Shown here: piece after piece, positions 36,836-48,926 of the stretch
How the letters are laid out: every line of letters starts with the position of its first letter
Numbering within the stretch: position 1 is the stretch's first letter
Assembly: GCF_963921235.1 (NCBI RefSeq)
Contig: NC_086108.1
Location: 79,672,001-79,736,000 of the forward strand
Length of the DNA: 64,000 nt
Source: Mobula hypostoma
Lineage: Eukaryota
Direction of reading: 5' to 3'
Translations under genes and position numbers: made by a program
The notes under the pieces: generated by a model
The model's database searches: none
Told to the model about the DNA's origin: nothing
What the model saw: only the letters and a program-made list of their open reading frames with translations

Positions 36836-38703
36836 CATCATCATCATTATGTGCTGTGTCCTATGACGTGGGTGATCATGGTCTATGACAATGATTGTTC
36901 TTGGGAAATTCTACAGAAGTGGTTTGCCACTGCCTTCTTCTGGGCAGAGTCTTTACAAAACTTGGAGGGTGGCTAATGTAACCCCACTTTTTAAAAAAGG
37001 AGGGAGAGAGAAACCGGGGAATTATAGGCCGGTTAGCCTAACGTCGGTGGTGGGGAAACTGCTGGAGTCAGTTATCAAGGATGTGATAACAGCACATTTG
37101 GAAAGCGGTGAAATGATCGGACAAAGTCAGCATGGATTTGTGAAAGGAAAATCATGTCTGACGAATCTCATAGAATTTTTTGAGGATGTAACTAGTAGAG
37201 TGGATAGGGGAGAACCAGTGGATGTGGTATATTTGGATTTTCAAAAGGCTTTTGACAAGGTCCCACATAGGAGATTAGTGTGCAAACTTAAAGCACACGG
37301 TATTGGGGGTAAGGTATTGGTGTGGGTGGAGAATTGGTTAGCAGACAGGAAGCAAAGAGTGGGAATAAACGGGACCTTTTCAGAATGGCAGGCGGTGACT
37401 AGTGGGGTACCGCAAGGCTCAGTGCTGGGACCCCAGTTGTTTACAATATATATTAATGACTTGGATGAGGGAATTAAATGCAGCATCTCCAAGTTTGCGG
37501 ATGACACAAAGCTGGGTGGCAGTGTTAGCAGTGAGGAGGATGCTAAGAGGATGCAGGGTGACTTGGATAGGTTGGGTGAGTGGGCAAACTCATGGCAGAT
37601 GCAATTTAATGTGGATAAATGTGAAGTTATCCACTTTGGTGGCAAAAATAGGAAAACAGATTATTATCTGAATGGTGGCCGATTAGGAAAAGGGGAGGTG
37701 CAACGAGACCTGGGTGTCATTATACACCAGTCATTGAAAGTGGGCATGCAGGTACAGCAGGCGGTGAAAAAGGCGAACGGTATGCTGGCATTTATAGCGA
37801 GAGGATTCGAGTACAGGAGCAGGGAGGTACTACTGCAGTTGTACAAGGCCTTGGTGAGACCACACCTGGAGTATTGTGTGCAGTTTTGGTCCCCTAATCT
37901 GAGGAAAGACATCTTTGCCATAGAGGGAGTACAAAGAAGGTTCACCAGATTGATTCCTGGGATGGCAGGTCTTTCATATGAAGAAAGACTGGATGAACTG
38001 GGCTTGTACTCGTTGGAATTTAGAAGATTGAGGGGGGATCTGATTGAAACGTATAAGATCCTAAAGGGATTGGACAGGCTAGATGCGGGAAGATTGTTCC
38101 CGATGTTGGGGAGGTCTAGAACGAGGGGTCACAGTTTGAGGATAGAGGGGAAGCCTTTTAGGACCGAGGTTAGGAAAAACTTCTTCACACAGAGAGTGGT
38201 GAATCTGTGGAATTCTCTGCCACAGCAAACTGTTGAGGCCAGTTCATTAGCTATGTTTAAAAGGAAGTTAGATATGGCCCTTGTGGCTACAGGGGTCAGG
38301 GGGTATGGAGGGAAGGCTGGGTTCTGAGTTGGATGATCAGCCATGATCATAATAAATGGCGGTGCAGGCTCGAAGGGCCGAATGGCCTACTCCTGCACCT
38401 ATTTTCTATGTTTCTATGTTTCTAAAACAGGTCACCCCAGCCACTATTGATAATTTTCAGAGATTGTCTGCTTGGCGTCAATGGGCACATAACCAGGATT
38501 AGTGATAGGCACCAGCTGCTCATATGACCATCCACCATCTCCCATGCTCCCATGGCTTCGTGTGACATTCACTGTTGGGGGGCGGGGGGTGGGGGGAGGC
38601 TAAGCAGGTGCTACACCTTGCCTCAGGGTGACCTGCAGCTAGCGAAGAGAAGCAGTGCCCTACATCTCCTGTGGCAGAGATGTATCTCCATGTCACCACT
38701 CCA
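36836..38703 (-). mobile_element. Non-autonomous SINE-like retroposon (about 400 bp, possibly RTE-related), split by a young CR1
   Basis: (tga)n tail on the minus strand; plus-strand motif gtggtttgccactgccttc; 13-bp TSD ggaaatgcagagt (36823-36835) and ggaaattcagagt (38704-38716). Confidence 0.65.
36962..38423 (+). mobile_element. Young 5'-truncated CR1 LINE with uninterrupted RT-to-C-terminus ORF
   Basis: ORF 36885..38327: WRVANVTPLFKKG...NYRPVSLTS...YLDFQKAFDKVPH...[10 protein letters not shown]...KFADDTKL; (tttctatg)n tail; aaaac flanks at 36957-36961 and 38424-38428. Confidence 0.95.
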
Positions 38704-38771
38704 GGAAATTCAGAGTAGTGTACACAAAATGGTAGAGGAACTCAGCAGGTCAAGCAGCATCTATGGAAAAG

Positions 38772-39023
38772 CATCGAGAGAGACAGGAAGAGGACAGCCA
38801 TCCGCAGTACCACTGATGCAGCAGAGAGGGCCTCAAGATGGCTGTGGTTCAAAAGAGGAAAGCCAAGGAGTCATAAGTAGCTAGCCACCTGATCTAGGGT
38901 CTGATCAGCCCCGGCTGGGTCACCTGGAGGAGGGTGTATGATGTTGAAAGACCCGAAACACCTGATGATTCCAGGAATATCACTGAAGATGTGTCCAGAG
39001 GCATCAATAGATGTACGCACACA
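38772..39023 (+). mobile_element. Probable 3' end of a Hero/R2-group (restriction-like endonuclease) non-LTR element
   Basis: 38773..38880 reads IERDRKRTAIRSTTDAAERASRWLWFKRGKPRSHK*, which I recognise from memory as Hero-like; gaaaag flanks both sides within a Penelope remnant. Confidence 0.55.
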
Positions 39024-40339
39024 GAAAAGAATACAGAGTCGATGTTTCAGACAGAAACCCTTCATCGGGACACGGAAGTCCTTTTTATGAAGCTATCACT
39101 TTGGTTGGTGGACATGTGATAGCAGGGTTGCTCATGTATAAATCATCTCAACTGGGAACCTATTGTAAACTATATCATTTTTATTACAAATATCAAGATT
39201 AGAGTACAAGATGTGGGGAAACTCACTGCCTCTTCCAAATCGCAGCCTTGCAATTCATCTCAGTAAGTAATCACAGAGCTGATATCACATGGCAGGAAGG
39301 CTATTCGGTTAGATTCTATACTAGTTCTAAGCAAGATCCATAGTGCTAACCTTACTTCCTTACCCTTTTTTCATTGCCCTAACAATTCATTCCTCTTAGA
39401 TAATTTTGCAGCTCACTTTTGAATGATCCAATTGAATGACTTACCAGCAGTGCATTCCATAAGACCATAAGACATTGGAGCAGAATTAGACTATTTGGCC
39501 CATCAAATCTGCTCCACCATTCCATCATAGCTGATTTATTATCCCTCTCAAGTCGAGTCTCAACTTCATCCTCCTGCCTTCACCCTTTGATGTCCTGTTT
39601 GATCAAGAACCTATCAACCTTGGCCTTAAATATACCCAGTGACTTGGACTGCACATCTGTCTGTGGTAATAAATTCCATAGATTCACCACCCTCTGCCTA
39701 AAGAAATTTTTTCCACATCTGTGTTCTAATCAGATGTCCCTCTATTCTGAAGGTGTGTCCTCCGGTCCTACTCTCCCCCATTACAGGAAACATCCTCTCC
39801 ACATCCACTCTATCTAGGTCTTTCAATATTCAATGGTTTCAATGACATCACGCCCTTCATTCTTCTAAACTCCAGTGAGTTCAAACGTAGAGCCATCAAA
39901 TGCTCATATATTAACCCTTTCATTCCTCCAATGCAAGCACTAATTTTCTTTGATAAGGGACCCAAAACTGCTCTCAATACTGCAAGTGTGGTCTGACCAA
40001 TGCCTTATACAGCCTTAACATTACATCCTTGCTTTTGTATTCTAGTCCTTTTGAAAGGAATGCTAACTTTGCATTTGCCTTCTTAACACCAACTCAACCT
40101 GCAAGTTAACCTTTAGGGAAACGTGCACTCAGACTCCCAAGACCCTTTGCATCTCTGATTTTTGAATTTTTTACCCATTTTGAAAATAGTCCACATCTTT
40201 ATTGCTTCTACCAAAATGTATGACCGTACACTCCCCTACACTATATTCCACCTGCTACTTCACTGCCCATACTCCCAATGTGTCTAAGTCCTTTTGCAGA
40301 CACCCTGCTTACTCAACACGACCTGCCCCTCCACCCATT

Positions 40340-41081
40340 CAGGGCCCCAAACAGTCCTTCCAGGTGAGGCAACACTTCACCTGTGAGTCGGGTAGGGTGA
40401 TATACTGCGTCCAGTGCTCCCGATGTGGCCTTTTATATATTGGCGAGACCCGACGCAGACTGGGAGACCGCTTTGCTGAACATCTACGCTCTGTCTGCCA
40501 CAGAAAGCAGGATCTCCCAGTGGCCACACATTTTAATTCCACATCCCATTCCCATTCTGACATGTCTATCCACGGCCTCCTCTACTGTAAAGATGAAGCC
40601 ACACTCAGGTTGGAGGAACAACACCTTATATTCCATCTGGGTAGCCTCCAACCTGATGGGATGAACATCGACTTCTCTAACTTCTGCTAAGGCCCCACCT
40701 CCCCCTCGTACCCCATCTGTTACTTATTTTTATACACACATTCTTTCTCTCACTCTCCTTTTTCTCCCTCTGTCCCTCTGAATATACCGCTTGCCCATCC
40801 TCTGGGTGCCCCCCCCCTTGTCTTTCTTCCCGGACCTCCTGTCCCATGATTCCTCTCGTATCCCTTTTGCCCATCACCTGTCCAGCTCTTGGCTCCATCC
40901 CTCCCCCTCCTGTCTTCTCCTATCATTTTGGATCTCCCCCTCCTCCTCCAACTTTCAAATCCCTTACTCAGTCTTCCTTCAGTTAGTCCTGATGAAGGGT
41001 CTCGGCCTGAAACGTCAACTGCACCTCTTCCTAGAGATGCTGCCTGGCCTGCTGCGTTCACCAGCAACTTTTATGTGTGTT
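40340..41081 (+). mobile_element. Penelope-like element 3' part with GIY-YIG coding
   Basis: [29 protein letters not shown]...; 7-bp TSD acccatt at 40333-40339 and 41082-41088. Confidence 0.92.
40980..41021 (+). ncRNA. Minimal hammerhead ribozyme motif (Penelope-associated)
   Basis: cagttagtc-CTGATGA-agggtctcggcct-GAAA-cGTC-aactg. Core is intact; the first stem I pair is mismatched. Confidence 0.6.
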
Positions 41082-41406
41082 ACCCATTTTTAATATTGTC
41101 CACAGTCTTGGCCAAAAGGCCATTAATTCATGTGGAACGCCACTAGCCACCAGCTGCCAACCAGAAAAGGCTCCCTTTATTCCCACTCTTTGCCTCCTCA
41201 CAGAACGCCAATCTCCTATCCATGCTAGCATCTTTCCTTCAATAGCATGGGCTCCTATCTTGTTAAGCACCCCTATATGCAACACCTTGTCTTCCGAAAA
41301 TCCAAATAAACAACACCTACTGACTCTCCTTTGTCTATCCTACCTATTATTTCCTCAAAGAGTTTCAACAGATTTGTCAGACAAGATCTCCCCTTGACAA
41401 AACCAT

Positions 41407-41581
41407 AGCTGGTCGGTGGTGTAGTCATCAGACAAGGCAAATAGTCCCGAGTTTGAGTCCGGCCGGCTCCTTGCACACTTTCCATCCATGCTGGGTTGAA
41501 AGTTAAAAACTAGAGTCAAACGCCACAGGAGCGGCAAAAATGCTGCCCGGTGCACCACAAGGCGTCAAAAGGAACAACAAT
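41407..41581 (+). mobile_element. Short (175 bp) tRNA-headed SINE-like insertion
   Basis: Perfect 8-bp TSD aaaaccat at 41399-41406 and 41582-41589; ggtggtgtagt A-box-like and gagtttgagtcc B-box-like motifs; (aac)n tail. Confidence 0.7.
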
Positions 41582-42434
41582 AAAACCATGCTGACTTTGG
41601 CTTCTTTTGTCATGCGCCTCCAAAACCTCATACTTAATAATAGACTTCAACATCTTTTCAACCACTGAAGTCAGACTAACTGGCCTATAAATTCCTTTCT
41701 TCTGCCTCCATCTCTTCTTAAAGAGTAGAGTGACATTTACAATTTCACAGTCCTCTGCAACCAGTCCAGAATCTTGTGATTTTTGGAAGTTTATTACTAA
41801 TGCCTCCACAGTCTCTTTAGCTACCTCTGTCAGAACCCTGGAGTGAAGTCCATTTGCACACACTCCAGACACTAACCACTTGTCAGAAAAAGGTGCCTCC
41901 TTTGTACTTTTAGCCATGTCCAGAGTATTGAGCCTTTTGCTAATGGGAGTGGCTTCTCTCCTTTAACCCCGTTTAGACCCTCATTACTTTTGACACTTTC
42001 ATCAGGACCCCTCAACCTCAAACCCCTCTGCACCAAGAGCAGCTCAATTTCTCCAGTCTATCCACAAAGACCTTCACTGTTGGAATTGTTGAACAAAATC
42101 TTTTACTGCACCTTCACATCTTTGCCGAACTCCAGCATCCGGAACTGGAATCAAAAATCCAGTTGTGGCCAGTGTTTTTAAAAAAAAGTGCCAAGACAAT
42201 TCCTCACAGTTAAAACCTCAAAACAACTTGGAAAACCAAAAAAAAAAAAGAGGCACCTCCTGTCAATGAAGCAGGAGATATTCCTCTAGATCTTATTCCA
42301 GTTTTGATCTATTGTCTGAGGCTGTCAAGTAAATTGACAATGGTGCCATGAAACCCAGATTACAAGAGCGTTATATCCATCAAGTCACTCGCCCATAGAA
42401 CTTATGGCAATATAATAATATAGCCAAAAAGATT

Positions 42435-44000
42435 AGAGTTAGAGTTATACAGCATGGAAACAGGCCCTTTGGTTCAACTGGTCTTTCCTCCCTATTGGTC
42501 TCAGTTGCCAATGCTTGGCCCATAACACACCAAGCCCCTCCCTCCAAGTGCCTGTCCATATGCTGCTTAAATGTGGAAACTGCATCTGCCTCAACCACTT
42601 CCACTGGCTGCTCATTCTAGCTACGCACTACCCTCTCAGCTCTCATTTAAATCTCTCCCTTTTAATCTTGCACCTGTACCCTCTAGTTTTAGACTCAGTG
42701 CTGAAGACTGTGACTGTCCGCCTTATCCATGCCCCTCATGATCTTATAAACTACTACGAGGCCACTCATCCTTCTACAACAACCCAGCAAATTAATATCC
42801 AACTTGGCCAATCGCTCCCTATAACTCAAGCCCTCTAGTCCAGGCAAGATCCTTGCAAGTCTCTTCTGCCCCCTCTCCAGCATGACAATGTCCTTCCTAC
42901 AACAGAAACTGTACACAATACTCCAAATGCTGCCTCACCAAGACTTGTACAACTCATTTCCCTACTCTTGAACTTGATGGCCCAATTAATAAAGACTAAC
43001 AGGCTAAACATCTTCTTCATCACCTTGTCCACTTGGGGGCATTTTTGATTGACAACACTTAGTGCTCTGCCATTCAATGCACAAGTCCTACCCTGACTTG
43101 ACTGTCCAAAATGCATCACCTCACACTTATCCATTTGTCATTTCTCAGCCCATCTCCCCAACAGATCAAGATTTCTGTAATTCATTATAATCTGCTTCAC
43201 TTATCATCATGACCCCCCCCAACTCTGTATCATCAGCAAACTTCCCAATCCTGCCTTGTTCATTTACATCCAAATCATTTAGATAAAAATGAATAACAGA
43301 AGTCCCAATACTGACTCCTGGAGCACCCACTAGCCACAGACCTCCAGTCAGAATCAGCCTTCAACCATCATCCTAGGCTTCCCATCATCTAGCCAATTGT
43401 AGATCCACTTTGCATGTTCCCTCTGAATCCAATACATTCTATCCTTCCACATCAGCATGACATGCGGGACCTTCTCAAAGGCCTTACTAGCGTCAACACT
43501 GACGATATCCACTGCCTTAACTTCACCCATCCCTTCAGTTGAAACACTTCAAGATTTGTCAGACAAGACCCTCTATACACAAAACCATGCTGACTCTTCA
43601 TGATAAGGCCTTGACTACCCAAGCGAAGGTAGTTCTTGTCCTCAATCTCCTCCAGTAACTTCCCTATAACTGAAATCAGGCTCATCAGCTTGTCCTCGCT
43701 ATCCTTCTTGAACAATGGAACATCATTAGCCATCCTCCAGTCTTCTGGATTTCACCAGTGGCTAATGAAGAAACAAATCTCTACAAAAGCCTCCATAATT
43801 TCTTCCCTGCACTTGGTCAGGCCTTAGAGATTTTCTCAACTTAATGCACTTCAAAGCTGTAAATACCTCCTTCCTCATAACAGACTTTTGATCCAAAACT
43901 TTACAACTTGTTACCCTCATTTCTCTGACATCTGTATTATTCTCCTTAGCAAACACCAAAGAGAAATAGACATTAAATATCCCATCCTTCTGTAGCTCCA
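42435..44000 (-). mobile_element. Degenerate CR1 LINE
   Basis: ANDVPLFKK...SQHGFVYRGSCLTNLE, DKCEVMHFG and LEGLSYRERL. Confidence 0.8.
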
Positions 44001-45063
44001 CACATCGGTGACCCTAGTCACCCTTTTACTGTTAATTGCAAAGGCATCAAATCATTCTCACAGATAGGCAATGATAAAAAAAACAGTAACAGTTGCTAAA
44101 CCAGTCTCTTAGGCAATCCATATGCAGCTATGCAAAGTTCACTTCCATTATTTGAATGAAGTACATAGTACAATTGTTCAATAAAGCAATACCTACAAAC
44201 TCAAATCCATTACATCAACAATGCATAAATGAGATTGTTGCTGACAGGATTGCAGTAAAATTGACTGCTCCAAGTAACACAGCTTCTTAAAGAGGATATA
44301 CAGAATGCACACACTATTTTTCTCTTATGTTCCAAATGGGCCTGTCTCAGCACATAGCAACATTGTGATTAAGCATATCAGCCATCAAATTTCTTGAGGA
44401 AGATAGCTGTATGGACTGAAGTTATTACCCCAGTAAATGGCCATAGTATAAAATTTTAAACGAAAGGTGTCCAATAATGGTGCGGTATCAAACTATAAAT
44501 AATAAAAAACTCAACAATTCCTTTTCCTTCCCTACAGATGCTGTTTGACCTGTTAGGTTCCTCAAGCTGTTTGTTTTATTTTGCTCCAATTCTGCTTCAA
44601 AAGAACGTTATTGATTGAGGATTAGGAAGGAACCATGAAAACTCCATTAGTGCCTAATAATGTTACCTCCCAAATGGAGACTGAAACTTTTTAGCTTTCA
44701 TAGCTGATTGTCACATAATCTTCGTCCATCTAACGCCCATCAAGCTTCTTTAACCTTATTGCTGAACATGCACAACATTCAAGACTGTGTGTAAGTGCTG
44801 CCACCCAGTGGTGATTTTTTGATATTGCCAGGCAGTATCAAAATGAAGTTCAAAGCTCAATAGTGTTAGCATCATCATTCCTAACTTTCAGTTTGGAAGC
44901 AATAGAACAACAGCTTCCTATTTGAAGTACCTGTCAATTCCTGAACAAGGATAACAAATACTCAAGAGCACTGCTGTTCCATCACAAAAATGACTGTCAC
45001 AGAAAATATAAATAAATGTTGATTCTGAAGGAATTTGATTAAAAAGATTGAGCTATCCCTTAC

Positions 45064-45225
45064 CTGAGCTCCTGCTGCCACTTGTCCCACCAGATAATTA
45101 ATGATAACATTGGTGAGAATTTTCAATAGTTTATGACAGACTAGAGGATGTTGATATAGCCAGCGTTTTGCTTTCGACATTGTATTTGAGCCACCTCCTT
45201 CTATCATGTAAGCCATCAAAGTCCA
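45064..45225 (-). CDS. UROD: UROD coding exon 6 (162 bp)
   Basis: cttatag|TGG ACT...GCT CAG|gtaagg; translates [54 protein letters not shown], with the human Tyr164 equivalent conserved. Confidence 0.97.
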
Positions 45226-45898
45226 CTATAAGAAATAAAATGAAACTCATTTTCCAATTATTTATTGTAACTAACAACTCATTTTTAATTACTATTCATC
45301 CCTCCTGAAAAACAAAAAGATTATAGGGCTTGGCAGATGGAAAGGAATCTCCCCTTTTCGTAGCACGGTCAGAATTAGGAACTGGAATGTATCAATCTGA
45401 TCAATCATATGTTGGGTAAAAATTAAATGGAAAATAAACTGCTGCAACAACTCAGCGGGTCAAGCTGCAGCTGTGGAGACAAATGTTCTGGGTCAAGACT
45501 TACATAAGGCCAGAGTGTTGACCATTCCTTTGCCTTCACAGATGCTGCTTGACTCACTGCATATTTCCAATAATTTACTTTTGCTCCAAATTTCAGCATC
45601 TGCCATCTATTACGACTCCAAATCATAATATTGAGTGTGGTTTTTATCGGTAGTAGTTGAATACCCACAGAAACACATGGACAATAAACTGCATAATTTT
45701 GACTTTCGTTTGCATTGTGATGGGGCGTGTCAGTTGTGGTTGGCAGCTCATCTAAGAGAAGGAAAATTCTAATCTCAAACCTCTGCTGCCTTACAGCTAT
45801 CTCACTCATGGGGACTTCTGGAGTAAATCCAGAGGAAAATTCTGTAGGTGGAGTCCCGAACGCAGTCCTACATTGAGTTCAATGCTAACTGGAAACTC

Positions 45899-46446
45899 CA
45901 GACATCCCACCCTGCAAAAACTCATTTCAGGGAGGTAGCACCATCAATTTTCGGGAGACTTCCGGGAGAGGTGGGATGTCTGCAATAGAGTAGCTCCTTA
46001 GCAGCTAGCCAGCTAGTTTAAATAACGTTAGCTATGCTAATGAACGAATGACACCTGTTAAACTCACCTCAACATGTCTTTTACAGTCTTAACCCACCAT
46101 GGGCAATAGAAAAGTCACTGTTGCAAACAGTGCAGCGAGCAACACTGTCATTATTTTTGACCCCTATTAGGCAGGGGTACACTTTAGTGTAGTCTGGGGT
46201 GACGTACATTTTATACATTTTTTTGGAACACTCTGCAATGGCGCGCTCGCGCTCTCTCTCTCTCGTGGTCGCTCGCACGCTCTCTCCCTCTCTCGCTTGC
46301 CTTCGCTCTCGCGCTCTCTCTTGCTTTCTCGCGCTCGCTCTCAAAAAAATTGATTTCTGTGATATTGTATATAATTTGCGGGCATCAGGGAGCCACTATT
46401 AACATGCGGGAGACTCCCGGACGTTCCGGGAGAGGTGGGATGTCTG
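45899..46446 (-). mobile_element. Non-autonomous hAT-like DNA transposon (548 bp) with BED-type zinc-finger remnant
   Basis: TIRs cagacatcccacc and ggtgggatgtctg; flanks (g)aaactc(c) and (g)caactc(c), an imperfect 6-8 bp TSD; minus-strand peptide ARCTVCNSDFSIAHGG...CKRHVE with a frameshift. Confidence 0.75.
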
Positions 46447-46910
46447 CAACTCCCACAATGCTGCTGGTGCCAAACTGTATGAGTCTCTGACATTCTTTTG
46501 AATTCATCAGCTATGAGGAGAGGGGAAGCCTGCTGTATGGGGAACAACTTGTTCTCTGTATTGTACTGCCCTGGCTTGTGCACTGAACGTAGATAGCTAG
46601 TATACAACATCCGTGGTTGACCATGACCAAGGGAATCCTCATGTGAGACAATAACTTGTTCAAAAGTATAGTGTAGAAAGTGGAAGAGATGTTTCTAATG
46701 GCAATAAAAGTACCTTCAATTTCAAAATCTTAGCTACATTATGAAAATAAAATTACCCTATTTATAACTGTCACTTAAATACTGATAAAATTCTACATAA
46801 ATGCTGCAAGCTACTTTAGGTTGTTTAATTTGTTAGAGCTTGTGCTATTCACTATGAAGGTTTGTCACTTTCACCCCAGTTAGTACAATTGTAATGTTTT
46901 TCCAGCATAC

Positions 46911-47108
46911 CGGGGCTCCTGAGAAGCCGATAAGAGGAACATCTCCCTTCAGCTTGTGACGAGTCAATGTTATAGCTTGGAACACATATGCCAGCTTCTG
47001 ATTTACATCCACGTTCTCATTCAGTTTCTCAAGATCAGCAGGTTCATTCAGTGGCTCTGGAAACGTAGGACCTTTACCTGGAACCATAGTCACCTCCATC
47101 CCCAGTGC
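46911..47108 (-). CDS. UROD: UROD coding exon 5 (198 bp)
   Basis: ttttaag|GCA CTG...GCC CCG|gtatgc; translates [66 protein letters not shown]. Lies within ORF 46845..47150. Confidence 0.97.
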
Positions 47109-48099
47109 CTTAAAATTTAAAATAAGTAGAAAACAGTTCAAATGTAACAAAAAAAAACTTCAATTAGGTTTGCGGATATCAAAATGTTTGGGATGGTAAT
47201 GGGTACTTAGGCCTATATCTGAAAATGAATTTCAAAAAAATCATATTCACATTGCATAATCATAGTAATTAAAAGCAAACTTCAGATATTTATTCTAGCA
47301 GTTACTATTTGAAGATTCAACATTTGTGTTGGATTAAAGTGTCACTTAGCTGTCACGAATGTGACTTAAGTAGTTATCAGGCCCGGATTCACATTCACAA
47401 ATTGTCTGATGCCTCACTTTAGTGGCATTTATATTTATGGTTGTCACTAATATTCTTGACAACATGAATAACCAATGTTTAGTAAATAAGCAGCTTTTAA
47501 TCTGCACCAAACAATGATAGCACTGTACAACCATGCACCCAGCAGAGTGAAAACAGTTCTATAATCCATAAATGCGAGAACGATTAAATGAAATAAAACC
47601 TTATTGTCCACATGTAAAAATCTCCCTCATGCAATTATACTAGATTATAGAAGGCTAGAGATTAAATCATATGTAGAAAAGATCCTTTGCTATGGTATAT
47701 CCAATGGGTAACAGCTGAACAGTGGCAGAGCCAGCCCTTCCACAAGTGAGATACACTGCCTGAAAACATCAGCTCAGCGTGGTCACTTTTTCAACAAGTG
47801 TATACACTGGTCAATAAAGGACACTACATTTGCGCCTGAGACACACACTCAACGTTTTAGGAAAAGCTTTTTCTCCTCCGCCATCAGAGTTCTGAATGGT
47901 CCATGAACCCATAAACATTACTTCACCTTGTTGCACTACTTATTTTTTATTATTTCTTATTGCAACTTACAGACATTTTAATTATGTATTGCACTGCTGT
48001 TGCAAAACCAGTTTCATGATATTTCAATGATAATAAACCAAATTCCGATTCTGTTTCAAAACATTTTATCAAAAAAAAAATGGCACTTGTGTGTCTTAC

Positions 48100-48162
48100 C
48101 TGGGGAATAACCAAGATGTCAGAGAAAATGATAGCAGCATCTAATGGGAACCGCCTGAGGGG
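48100..48162 (-). CDS. UROD: UROD coding exon 4 (63 bp)
   Basis: catttag|CCC CTC...CCC CAG|gtaaga; translates PLRRFPLDAAIIFSDILVIPQ, including the FSDIL aspartate (human Asp86 equivalent). Confidence 0.97.
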
Positions 48163-48846
48163 CTAAATGAGAAAGATACTCTGATTACAAATAGGTTAAT
48201 ACTGTACAGAATCCAAACTGAAAAGGGCAAGCACGGTAATGTCAGATTGTTTACTAAAAGTGGAATCGTTTATTTAAATTTGAATAAAGAAAAACTGACC
48301 TGACTCAGTACATTTAGTAAGTTTTACCTATTCAAATCTATTCTGCTGACAGAAAACTGATAACCTGAAGTAAGAAGTCACACGAACCCAAACAGAACAG
48401 TTAAAACAGGATCACTTCTATCTCCGACCTCCGTAGACAAATAAATAGGAATGCACATTTAGAAAGATGAAAGGGCTTTAAAATGTAACCTTGTGTATTG
48501 TTAGCTTGTGAAATTCTGGCATGGACATTGAATTCACAGTCTCTGACTCAAAAATGAACGCCATAATGCTGACAAATTTCCACTTTCCAAGACAAAAGTA
48601 TGGCAGTCAAAAATATTCAAAGAAATTATATTGAAATTACTTCAATTCTTGGTTGCAATGATTTCTTTTTCAACTTGTACATTCTCGATCTGGAAAATGT
48701 TTCTTTACATTTGATAGTATCAAATCAAGTGACGGTGATAAGGAAAGTGTTTCACTTTTCAATGCAATACCACCTTTTCTGGATAATTGGAGCTTAAAGA
48801 GTCCGATTTCTTAATATATACAAGATTCTCTGTTTGACCAACTTAC

Positions 48847-48926
48847 CTGCAATGTCAACTCACAGCAGATCGCCGGAGTGCGACAGGTTGTGAAGAAATC
48901 CTGAGTTGCTCGGGTCTCTCGGAATT
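48847..48926 (-). CDS. UROD: UROD coding exon 3 (80 bp)
   Basis: tttctcacag|AA TTC CGA...TTG CAG|gtaagt; translates (E)[26 protein letters not shown]. Phase matches the end of exon 2. Confidence 0.97.

Larger units (their letters stand above)
39458..41855 (-). mobile_element. Degenerate CR1 LINE hosting a Penelope-like element and a short SINE
   Basis: GFVKGRSCLTNLLKLFEEI...VVYLDF and YRPVSLTSVVEKMLKSIIK; (cttatg)-type tail at the low-coordinate end. Confidence 0.85.

Noticed and set aside
37241..38350. Minus-strand ORFs (134, 93 and 73 aa), repeated at 49231-50121
   Set aside because: These are antisense shadows of CR1 ORF2, not independent genes.
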